Shown in pieces: positions 12,066-22,319 of a DNA stretch of 64,000 bases. The position numbers and the translations under genes were made by a program. Source of the stretch: Mesotaenium endlicherianum (taxonomy: Eukaryota); assembly GCA_009602735.1 (NCBI GenBank), contig WELA01001079.1, positions 62,001 through 126,000 of the forward strand. The letters run 5' to 3'. The notes beneath the pieces were generated by a model. It did no database searches, was not told the origin of the DNA, and was given only the letters and a program-made list of their open reading frames with translations. How positions within the stretch are numbered: the stretch's first letter is position 1; each line of letters starts with the position of its first letter.

Positions 12066-13813
12066 AAGCTTTTAAGGTGATTACAGATCATTTAGCTCTG
12101 ACCCACTTTCAGAAGAAGTCCAAGCTGTCGAGGAGGGAGAACTGCTGCAGCGTGATGCTGGAGCAGTTCCAAGTCCAGATCGACTACAAACCAGGGAAGT
12201 TGAATCCTGCTGATGCACTCTCTAGAAGACCTGACTTGCAAGAAAGGAACTTTAGTCAGCATACTGTAGATAAAGTCCTGTGTGCACTCACTTCACTAAA
12301 GGTGAAAAAGTCCTTCCTTGAACAACTTAGGAAAGCCTACCTTTCTGACCCAACATTTGAGCCCAGCCCCACTACTGGTGTGTGTCGTGCTACTGCACTC
12401 GGGTATAAGCTCAAGGGAGGGGTCTGGGTGACTGAAACCACTTCAGGCAGGCTGAAGCTGGTCATTCCTAATAACTTGGAAATAAGGTCTCTCTTACTGA
12501 GTCAAGCGCATGACAGTCTCCTGGGTGGACATTTGGGGCAGGCCAAAACTGTTGGCAAACTGGCAAAACATTATCATTGGGAAGGGTTGCCCCGAGAGAT
12601 CTTGAAATATGTGCAGTCTTGTGATCAGTGTCAAAGACATAAGTCTAGGCACACACCACCGGGAGGTCTCTTGCAACCGCTGCCCATCCCAACAGGACGC
12701 TGGGGAACTATATCCATGGACTGGGTGGTCACACTACCACGAACGGCTAATGGGCATGATTCGATACTGGTAGTCGTGGATAAACTGACGAAAATGGTCA
12801 TTTTCATCCCCACAACTGTTAAAGTAACTGCACTCGAAACAGCGAGACAGTTCTACAACCATGTGGTATGCCAACGTGGGCTCCCTTCTAATATCATCTC
12901 AGACAGAGACTCAAAATTCACCTCAAAGTTCTTGAGAGCTTTAATGGGGTTAATGGGAGTCAAACAGCTGCTCAAAACAGCAAACCACCCTCAGACTGAT
13001 GGGCAGAGTGAAAGAACTAACCGAGTTTTGCAGGAGGTGCTGAGAGCATATATTAACCAAAAACAAGATAATTGGGATGACCTGTTGCCTCAAATCCAGT
13101 TTGCGGTCAACAGTGCGGTGCACGCGTCAATGGGCAAGACTCCTCTTGAACTCACCCTGGGTAGAGCCCCTAAGTGTCCTTTAGATGTACTGGGGGAGTC
13201 TTTAACTGATCCTGAAGGAATCGACAATCCGGTCTCCCTCCAGTTAACTCAGGAGTTTTCTGACACACTGTCAGAAGTCCAACAAAACCTGCACAAAGCC
13301 CAAGAAAACCAACAAAAATGCGCTAATCAACACCGTCGGGAGTTGACATTTTCTCAGGGCGATTTCGTCAAACTGCATTCTCAACACCTGTACCTCCTTG
13401 GTGTGGTCAAGAAAAAGCTTGGACCTGTCTGGGTCGGTCCATATTTGGTAGTGCGTTGTGTCGGTCAGAATGCTTACAAACTGAACATGTCAGCGGACTA
13501 CAAGGGTCACCCCGTCATGAATGTCTCCTTCCTGGAACCATACATCAAAGGTGATACACTGTTCACAGGTCGGTTACCTGTCCAACCGGGACCGGTCCCC
13601 GCTGTCCGGGACGGCGATACTAAGGAATATGAGGTCGATGAAATTTTAGACGCTCGCTCGGTCCGTCGATTGTCTAAATATGTTATGAAGTACCTCATCC
13701 GATGGAAAGGTTACGATGCCTTTGGGGACACTTCGGAGTTTAAAGACCAGCTGACCCATGCCAAAGGGGCGTTGAAACGGTTCCACCTTCGGGCGGCTGG
13801 GGCACCTCCCTAA
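12066..13813 (+). CDS. pol: Open pol C-terminus: end of RNase H, HHCC integrase, GPY/F and chromodomain
   Basis: AHDSLLGGHLG...CDQCQ, ISMDWV, SDRDSKFTS, HPQTDGQSER, WVGPY and EYEVDEILD...YLIRWKGY. Confidence 0.93.
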
Positions 13814-14440
13814 CAGTCTTTTCCGTTGACACGGGAAGGTGACAGGAGGTCCTGTCTCCATATAAGTTGGAGGGAGATGTGACAGTTAGTGACAGTTGTG
13901 ACAGGCAGCCCACCTTTAAAATCAAGTTGGAGGGAGTGGTTCTCTCTGATCACCATAGTACACACTCAACCTGCGCTCACACTCACTTGCTCTCTAAACT
14001 CAATTTTCCCTTATGTTCACTCACACCGAGTATTCCACACTAGGAACTCTCCCGATCGCGTTCCTCTTCATCAAGGGCACTCAGTAGCGGCAAAATACCA
14101 TGACTTCACTAACTGCATTGTGTTTATAATTGAGCAGGATGACTCAAAAGTCGGAACTCAAGAGGAAGAGAAGGGCGGAAGAGGCACATGCAGAATACTT
14201 GCAATTTCGTGGAGACATCGAATCATCTTCCATCACCGCTCGGGAATCACAACGACTCCAACAACAGCGGGAGGCACAGAAGAAGAAGGAGGAGGAGGAA
14301 CAGGCCAGACTGAGGCAGGAAGAAATGGACAGAAAAGCTGCAGAGGAGGCTAAGAAAGGAGAGGAGGAGAGGCAAGCTGAGGAGAAGCGGAAGCAGCAGG
14401 CTGAAGAAGAAGAACAGAGGAGAATCAGCAGCTACCGCTA

Positions 14441-14483
14441 NNNNNNNNNNNNNNNNNNNNNNNNNNNNNNNNNNNNNNNNNNN
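14441..14483. other. Assembly gap with duplicated flanks
   Basis: N run; ~13640-14440 recurs at 14484-15283. Confidence 0.95.
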
Positions 14484-14981
14484 GAGATTTTAGACGCTCG
14501 CTCGGTCCGTCGATCGTCTATATATGTCATGAAGTACCTCATCCGATGGAAGGGTTACGATGCCTTTGGGGACACTTGGGAATTTAAAGATCAGCTGACC
14601 CATGCCAAAGGGGCGTTGAAACGGTTCCACCTTCGGGCGGCTGGGGCACCTCCCTAACAGTCTTTTCCGTTGACACGGGAAGGTGACAGGAGGTCGTGTC
14701 TCCATATAAGTTGGAGGGAGATGTGACAGTTAGTGACAGTTGTGACAGGCAGCCCACCTTTAAATTTAAGTTGGAGGGAGTGGTAGTCTCTGATCACCAT
14801 AGTACCCACTCAACCTACGCTCACACTCACTTGCTCTCCAACTCAATTTTTCCTTATATTCACTCACACCAGGTATTCCACTCTTGGAACTCTCCCGATC
14901 GCGTCCCTCTTCATCAAGGGCACTCAGTAACGGCAAAATATCATGACTTCACTAACCGCATGGTGTTTATGATTGAGCAGG

Positions 14982-16649
14982 ATGACTCAAAAGTCGGAAC
15001 TCAAGAGGAAGAGAAGGGCGGAAGAGGCACATGCAGAATACTTGCAATTCCGTGGAGACATCGAATCATCTTCCATCTCCGCTCGGGAATCACAACGACT
15101 CCAACAACAGCGGGAGGCACAGAAGAAGAAGGAGGAGGAGGAACAGGCCAGACTGAGGCAGGAAGAAATGGACAGAAAAGCTGCAGAGGAGGCTAAGAAA
15201 GCAGAGGAGGAGAGGCAAGCTGAGGAGAAGCGGAAGCAGCAGGCTGAAGAAGAAGAACAGAGGAGAATCAGCAGCTACCGCTATACGGTGCTGGGCAAGG
15301 GCTTTGATCTACTCGAGGAGGCCTTCAAGTATGCCCAGAGAAGTCGCAGTGAGTCGCAGAAGGAAATCCTCCAGAAGGAAGGGGAGACATCTGAAAACTT
15401 TGACAAGTATATAGAGGTTGGCACAGGGCTCCTTCTCTACCACGATTTCGCCAGGATGGTAGGATATACCATCGGAGAGGCCAAGGCAATGGCCCAGGTG
15501 AACGAAGCAGGAGCTGTCTCGATTCCTGGTATCTGGGGGGCAGATAGGGTCATCAGGATGATCCCCATGGACGCGGACAGCTTCAAGGACTCAACACCCC
15601 ACAACAGGTTCAAGGCCATGTACAATGAGGTGGAGAGGAGGAGCTGGGAATTCTTGGCCAGAGAAACCAGTCAGCTGGACTTTGCAGGGCACTGGTACCC
15701 TTGTACTCTCAAAAAGACAGACGCTGCCTTCTTCCAAAAGCCCACTGATTGGCGGTGGATGACCATCAACATGAGGGACCAGCAGAATGACAGGGCGACG
15801 GATGAGGATTTCCTGACAGACCTAAAGGGGAACATAGTATTGCCCCCTCACATTGCGGCTTGGGACCCAAGATTGGATGGAGTCAGAGACTGCATGAGCC
15901 AAGAGATGCAGGGGGACAGAAGCAGGGCCCGAGAGTCATTCTCCAAAGGGAAGCACGCTTATGCCAAATGGGCAAGTAAGCAGGGGGAAAAGGACCTCTA
16001 TGCGGTCCGGACTCAGCAGCCCCCACCAGCACCCAAAAGGGGAAGGTCAGTAGGATATTCTTTTTCTCGGGAAGAGCTGGAGCAGCGGACAGAGGAGACC
16101 CCAGAAGTCTCAGAGGAACCCGGGGACAACGAGGAGGCGGAGTCGGAGGAAGACGAGGAGGAAGGCGAGGAGGAGGACACTAGCCCCGCCGTGATCCTGA
16201 CACCTGCCACATCCCCTGTAAGGGAGAAGACGGGGTGGGCCCCGCCGCAACTCGCTCAAGAGGAGGATATCACTTGGCTGGGGACTGCCAGAGGACAGAG
16301 CCCATCTCCAGGCAAGGAGACCCAGTCGGACAGGGCAGAGAGGAGGGCTGCTCGGGAGATAGCCAGAGGCCTGCCAGCATCTCCCTCGCAGAGAGGGCAT
16401 GTACCCTTGGCTCATGTCATGCAACATCCTTCCGGGATGCCGGTATACGTACCTGTCAGTTTGAGGGCTGCCCAGGAGAAGGCTGCCTCCCTTCAGTTTC
16501 AGACTGTGCAGGAGGAAACAGCCCAGTTACTACGTTCTCCGCCGGGTCCTTACACGGAACCCCCTTCTCTGACAGGTTTCAAAAGACCCCAAGACAGGAG
16601 GAGGTCGGGCTCCCCTGAGCATAGGGCCTCAGGGATATCTCCCTCCTAA
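14982..16649 (+). CDS. Extra ORF of family C (555 aa, unknown function): coiled-coil N-terminus, globular-looking core, acidic and Ser/Pro-rich tail
   Basis: Uninterrupted ATG...TAA frame inside the LTR pair. Its 5' part is also open in the duplicated copy at 14139-14440. Confidence 0.8.
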   Translation: MTQKSELKRKRRAEEAHAEYLQFRGDIESSSISARESQRLQQQREAQKKKEEEEQARLRQEEMDRKAAEEAKKAEEERQAEEKRKQQAEEEEQRRISSYRYTVLGKGFDLLEEAFKYAQRSRSESQKEILQKEGETSENFDKYIEVGTGLLLYHDFARMVGYTIGEAKAMAQVNEAGAVSIPGIWGADRVIRMIPMDADSFKDSTPHNRFKAMYNEVERRSWEFLARETSQLDFAGHWYPCTLKKTDAAFFQKPTDWRWMTINMRDQQNDRATDEDFLTDLKGNIVLPPHIAAWDPRLDGVRDCMSQEMQGDRSRARESFSKGKHAYAKWASKQGEKDLYAVRTQQPPPAPKRGRSVGYSFSREELEQRTEETPEVSEEPGDNEEAESEEDEEEGEEEDTSPAVILTPATSPVREKTGWAPPQLAQEEDITWLGTARGQSPSPGKETQSDRAERRAAREIARGLPASPSQRGHVPLAHVMQHPSGMPVYVPVSLRAAQEKAASLQFQTVQEETAQLLRSPPGPYTEPPSLTGFKRPQDRRRSGSPEHRASGISPS

Positions 16650-16720
16650 GGGCAGCAGGCTGGGGATAAGAGGGACAGCACGCTGTTACTAGTGATAGTG
16701 TTGTCGAGGCGACAACATGA

Positions 16721-16733
16721 TAAGTTGGAGGGA
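16721..16733 (+). promoter_or_regulatory. Polypurine tract of family C
   Basis: TAAGTTGGAGGGA lies 1 nt before the TG of the 3' LTR. Confidence 0.8.
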
Positions 16734-16734
16734 T

Positions 16735-17456
16735 TGTAATGAATCAGTATACTGGTCGATATAATATTCATTTAAATAATATAGTTAAATAAGTTCAGCC
16801 TGCTGAACTCTAGTTAATAATCAGTCTGCTGGACTTTATACTTAATATCAGTTTAATGACTTGGCCGGAAGTAGCAGGCTGAGGCCACCTTAAGTCAGCT
16901 TGCTGACACATTCTTTGACAGCCAGCTGACTTCCGTGCTCGGTAGCAGCGAACTGCCTTGATATGCATCTAAATACGACATGCTAGATGAATGGCCAGAT
17001 GACATCCCTATGATGGATGGCTATTCGGGATGATGGGAGATGGCGGTGGATTTGGTTAACCGAGGTCCTACCAACGTGGTTAACTCCCGGGTAGGCGGTG
17101 CCATCGCACTGACCGTTGAACAGTAAACTCATTCCATGTACATATGCTAGGCATTGCTCTCGAGTTCGGCATTCGAAAACAAGGCCAACTCTCTTGTACA
17201 GCTTACTGAGAGAGATCTGAATCCAAGGCGAGAAGCCATTGATACGCACTGTCTTCTAACCTTGCTTATGTATGAGTTTACTGATTTGCATTATTGATGC
17301 TAGTTTACTCTCATTTGACTGACGAGTATTATTCACTGCTAGTGCGCTGTCCTTTTGCCGTTAAAACAGTTAACGAAAAGTACCATAAAGATTACTTGCT
17401 GATATAAAGATCTTTATTAATTGTTAATCGCCTACTTGGTAAGTCGATTCATTTCA
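16735..17456 (+). repeat. Family C 3' LTR
   Basis: Direct repeat of 7256-7960. Confidence 0.95.
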
Positions 17457-18279
17457 GTTTTGCCACCTTGGGCTTGTGGCCAGACACATAACAATCAATC
17501 TTCTCCTCGAGCGACATGTTGGGGATCTCAAGAGTGAGGTCATGAAATCTGGATATATATTCTTGAACGGACGTTATTTGCTTGTGATGGCGAAGCTTTT
17601 CTTGAGCAAATTTTTCCGCATTGATGGGCATGAGTTCGTGTTGGAGGGCTTCACGAAAATTCACCCATCTTGCATATGATGGTGGGGGCACTTGGTCGGG
17701 TACGGGATGCGCCACAGCTTGATATACAGCCGCTTGATAATTATGCCACCATGATGTTGCTGCTCCTCTGAGCAAGGTAACGGCAAAAGGGACGTAGTCC
17801 TCCTCGAGTACTTCAAGGAAGGTGAGGTAGGTCTCCACTTGGTAGAGCCACAGATTCAGTATGGCTCCTCTCCCAGGATTGAAAGTGACTGGTTTGCCGG
17901 GCTTGATGAGTTTCCTTGCTCTTGTAGGCTTTTGTGGAGGCGCTTGAGTCGGGACTCGATTTTGAGCGTTGCTCGCAATAGGGGCAACTATGGCAGCCAT
18001 AGCTTCTCTTGACGCTTACACGGTTGCTTCATAGGTGGCCAAGCCCACTTGGTTGTGGACGGTCATTAGGAAGGCTGCCCACTCGGTTGCGGGAACTCCT
18101 TGTGGTAGGGTCAACTTTGCTATAGCGACTGCCAGGGGATTTGAAGGTACTCTTCCTTGTGGTGCTTCTTGTTGTTGCAAGTTTTCTTGAGTGGGCTCTC
18201 CCATCGGCGCAAGAGGAGGGTCTCTTGGAGAGGAAGGGCTTCCTTCGAAAGCTTGCTGTTGGTGTTGAGGATCGGCCAT
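17457..18279 (-). pseudogene. gag: Family A gag, truncated by the family C LTR
   Basis: WLYQVETY...LLRGAATSWW...QITSVQEYISRF, a retrotransposon gag pattern. Confidence 0.88.
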
Positions 18280-18316
18280 CTTCTTGTGCTACCAAAGTGC
18301 CTAGCTCCGATACGAC

Positions 18317-18819
18317 TTTAGTGAAACAGATAGATAAAGTACTTAGTAAAACAAAATACTTTATCTATTCAAGACAAGTATCTTTGAACACAAGTGGTAG
18401 CTTCTTGAAAGAGAGATGGCTTCTTGAAAGTTAATATATTTCTGGATTTTGGCAAGTACAAGAGTGATTCTGGAATGTCTTTCTATGTTCTAGCTCTTGT
18501 TTATATACTTGCTACATAAGTAATTTCTAGGAAGGTGTATGTTGATGTGTTGGCACCCAACACATCCCAAAACTTGCCACCTCTTTCTAGAATAATGTAC
18601 ACATGTCCTTTTGACCTAAAAATGGCACATTTGACTTTTGCCACATGGAGTTCTTCTAGGTCCTTCCTCTAACTTTGAAAATGCCTTAGGAGGTTCAAAG
18701 GACATGAACCAAGTCACTAGAGTATCTATTCACACTTGACTCCACACAATACTACACCAAATATATTTAAAAGTATTGAATTATATGCAAATTAATATAT
18801 TATAACTCAAATCACTACA
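18317..18819 (-). repeat. Family A 5' LTR
   Basis: Matches 4174-4657 and is followed by a PBS-like sequence on the minus strand. Confidence 0.9.
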
Positions 18820-20260
18820 ATAGGTGTCACGAGCCTCGTAGGGAAGATAACACATGAGCGTGCCAAACACCTAGCGCTAAGTGAGCGCAAGCGTCTTGAG
18901 CTTAACGTTCTTGAAGTCAGCCTCGAACTCAGAGTTAGTGTCGTTCAGCTCACAGGTGCCTGGCTTGCTGCTGAAGCGGAAGAGGGAGGTGCTGTCTACC
19001 TTTGTATCCTGGTCACCTGCCATGGAGTACAATGGATCGTTGTGAGTCTACTGAAGCGGTGGCTCGTGGACGGCCGTAGGCTGAGGGGGCTACGGGTGCT
19101 CGTCCTCAGAAGGATCAGTGACAATACCTAGATTTGAGTCTGAGTCCTTGCCACTAATCCCTTCGTAGTAAGAATGATAAGATAGCCCACTACGGGGAGG
19201 CATACGCTGAAGATTCTAAATCCTTGCATGTAAAGAGAGATCATTTTAGAAGTAGGGAGCGTGTGCTCTCCAGAGTGAGCACCTCAAGATTGTAATTTGG
19301 TAGGAATACTACTAATGAAGTCTGGTTCAAAAGATCACAAGAAGCACATTATGATCTTCAAGAGTAGTCCTATGGCAGGGTTTAAGCTGTGACTTTGTTC
19401 AGCACTTGTGAAGTTCATCAAGTGAATGGAAGGCAAGAGGGCTTGCTCTTCACAAGAGAGAGACTAAGTGGTCTTGAAAATACAAGGGGTTAAAGTGTAA
19501 GCTGTACTGATACCTCTGTGGCTTACAGCTGGCACAGTTGACTTCTAAAAGATGTTCTTCTAAGGGCATCAAGTGCTATATACTCCCTGCGAAACCGGCG
19601 TTGAAGGCGGCAGATTTAATGCACGCAGTCATGCTAGGAGGCTCTCTTTGGTCCACGAAAGTGAAGGCAAGGCAAGTATTAGCTCTCCTATTGGCTAAGC
19701 ACAACACACAGCAATCAAACATAGTGCAAGGGAGAGGATGCATGACTCTCATTGGTGGAGCTTACCTTGACCAATGCTACCTAGATAACGCCTCAGAAGT
19801 AGATCTAAAGCGTAAGGAAGCTTCCTCTAGGAGTGAGTCATGCAGTCACCAAGTTATAGCTCTAGTGGTGCTCATATACTATGCTAATACATGCTAAGTG
19901 TACTTTAGCAAGCTCGCGGATTTGTACGCTAATGGCTAGAGGTCCTTGTAGTCGCGAAGAGCCAACAATGTGACCTTTGGGCATATTGAGTCACAAGGTG
20001 GCCCTTGGTGGAACTCCGCTAGGGGCCGATAGGTGGCGCAAAGTAGATCGCAAACATCTCGCTCGATACTTGACCGAATGGCGCGGAACTGGTGCCGTTC
20101 GGAAGGTGACTCGACGCCCTAAACTTTAGTGACTTGGAACGCTAGCAAAGGTCGACATATGAATGCGTGAAGCAAGGTCAAAGTTGGCCTTCCTAGGTTG
20201 ATGGTTGACACACGTGTGGCTCGGCTAGGCGCGGCGGTCCCGACCTAATGAGTCATGACA
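18820..20260 (-). mobile_element. Family D 5' fragment (left terminal segment and gag start)
   Basis: The reverse complement starts TGTCATGA and aligns with 48168 to ~49600, including ATGCCTCCCCGTAGTGGG and CCATGGCAGGTGACC. Confidence 0.85.
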
Positions 20261-22319
20261 CAGTCGCAAAGTGCTGGATGACCTAGAGGCTATGCTGACT
20301 TGTGCTAAGTGTTGTGCCACATGGCACACTGTTTTCATTGGAGAGGAAGAGATCATGGCAGGATGTTGGGAATGCTAGCCGAAAATCTAGAAATCGGAAA
20401 TGACTTTCAGCGATAAGGCAATATGCTCCAACTCAATGGTTGTAAGGAGAATTGAGCGGCAAAAACATTTCGCAAAAAATGCTAAATCCTAAAGTAGAAA
20501 TCATGAAAGGATCCACACTTGGTGTGAAAGACATTGAGTGCTAACCTTGAACTAGCCCGTGTCAGTGCAGGATGATCAGCAAATGGTCAATCAATGACCC
20601 TTTTTTAGCGGACACACGTATGAAGCTTGATCAACCAGAATTACAACCCACGTGCAGAGATGCACTGACAAGTTGACCACGCTAATGGCATGCGTGCAGG
20701 ACTACCGACACGTTGACCAAGTCGATGGCGCACATGCTGGGGAGCATCACACGTGCCCTGGTCTCGACACAATTAGGCACGACAGTTGTCGCGACGCTAC
20801 TAGTTGGACGCCGCAACATGTATGGCGCAAGTCACGGTTGTCTCAGGTACAGATTGTCAACATTGACCAAATTGCTAATATGTGCAAGTTCGACATTAGA
20901 AGTGTAACTTAGCCACACGTGAGCTGTGACTGCAACAGGTTACACCCGACTTCAAGCAATGGGTGGGGGATTGACGGGCACGTCAACCGCAAGGCTAACC
21001 CCATCAGTGCCTGCAAACGGTCTATGCAAGCAGCTGCTAAGTCAGGTAGAGCTTAGAAAATGGCCATCTCAATTGCTGCAGAGTGAGGCCACGCTAATAG
21101 AGTTGCTACAACGGAGTTGCCAGGTCGGAGGGATATGGGCTCAACGGCCACACCGACTCCACACGGTGACCAAAAGCTTAAGCAGTTACGCGCAGCGGTC
21201 ACGAGGCTGGCATGCAAGATGCCCTGACATGACATACCTTAAGCGTGATAATATTGAGGTTACATGCATGTAGGTGCCTGTAAAAGGCACGATGCTTGCC
21301 CATTCCACCTCATTCTTTTCTCGCACATTATGCTAGAGTAACAAGAAGGAGAAGGAGAGAGAGAAGAAGGAAGAAGGAAGAAAGAGCGCGAAGGAGAACA
21401 AGAAAGGAGTTCCCAAGACCCCTAGAATCAAAAGACACACGCTTATACTGACGCTTGGAGATTTTGCCTCCCTCTCATCCTTTAGAACATAGAAATAGTT
21501 TGGAGTGAGGAGTTCCCAAGAAAGGATATTTGAAGTGAAAGATAGGGAGTTCGCAGATAGGATCTGCTAGGAGATTCCAGTACAGGATTTGATCAAACAC
21601 CATAGGTATGCAAAGAGAATATAAATTGGTGATTTATGTGTTAGTTTTCCATATTTTCATAATTCTTGAATTGTTGTAAGCATGTGCAGAGTGAGCAAGA
21701 AAGGCCCTCAGTGAAGAACTGAGGAAGTCTAGCCTGCAGTGAAGAGTTGGCAGATGCGGCTAAGAGCAAAAGGTTCATGCCAGACCAGCATAGGATGCTG
21801 TAGATTCAGAATTTTGTGAGCCGGAAATTTTCAGGAAATCGGTGGGCAATTTTCTCTGAAACTTGGCATTGCTTGTTGAGTTGCTTAGACGTAATTTCTC
21901 CAAAATAGAATTTTGGTTTATTGAACACCACTCAACTTAGGCGAAAGCCAGTTTCGAAGGAACACACTTCTGTCTTTGTAAGGTAAATTGAGCAGCATAA
22001 ATTTTGCATAAATGTTACGTCTTGAATTAGGAATTATGGAAGGAACTACACTCCGTATGAAATGACAGTGAGTGCTGATTCCAAACCGGCGCATGCAAGC
22101 GCACGATGGCCAACAAACGGTCCATTGGAAACAATCCGGCTCCGGCACAAGTGTGAAGGTGGATCGACCATGTTGACGACCCACGTGCGGAAATGTCACG
22201 ACAAGTTGTGCAGGCTAAAGACACAGGCCTGAAATACTACCGACACGTCAACCAGGTCGGTATCACGCGTGCTAGAGAGCATCACACTTGCCCTGGTCTT
22301 GAAAGCGTTAGGTACGACA
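20261..22319 (+). repeat. Two tandem LTR-like units of an unidentified family, ending at 20784 and 22319
   Basis: About 20610-20784 is repeated at ~22143-22319, both ending TTAGGYACGACA. The second unit starts TGTCGCG at 20787 and contains CT-rich and GA-rich tracts. Confidence 0.5.

Larger units (their letters stand above)
7256..17456 (+). mobile_element. Family C chromovirus, near full length, with an extra ORF between pol and the 3' LTR
   Basis: LTRs TGTAATG...ATTTCA at both ends, PBS, gag-PR-RT-RH-IN-chromodomain and PPT. The flanks TAAAA and GTTTT do not match. Confidence 0.93.
4174..18819 (-). mobile_element. Family A chromovirus, internally deleted, hosting a family B solo LTR and a family C element
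   Basis: LTRs at 18317-18819 and 4174-4657, PBS-like TCGTATCGGAGC (18304-18315, minus), G7 PPT (4661-4667, minus), gag at 17457-18279 and integrase-chromodomain at 5424-7255. The flanks GGAGT and ATAGG do not form a TSD. Confidence 0.8.

Noticed and set aside
11330..12790. Apparent ~740-bp tandem duplication in family C pol
   Set aside because: The junction lies beside a single N at 12010 and the copies are nearly identical. It is most likely a contig-overlap or haplotype artefact.
13640..15283. Second chromodomain and second extra-ORF start, including the 14130-14657 fusion ORF
   Set aside because: The duplication flanks the N gap at 14441-14483, and the fusion reads through Ns.
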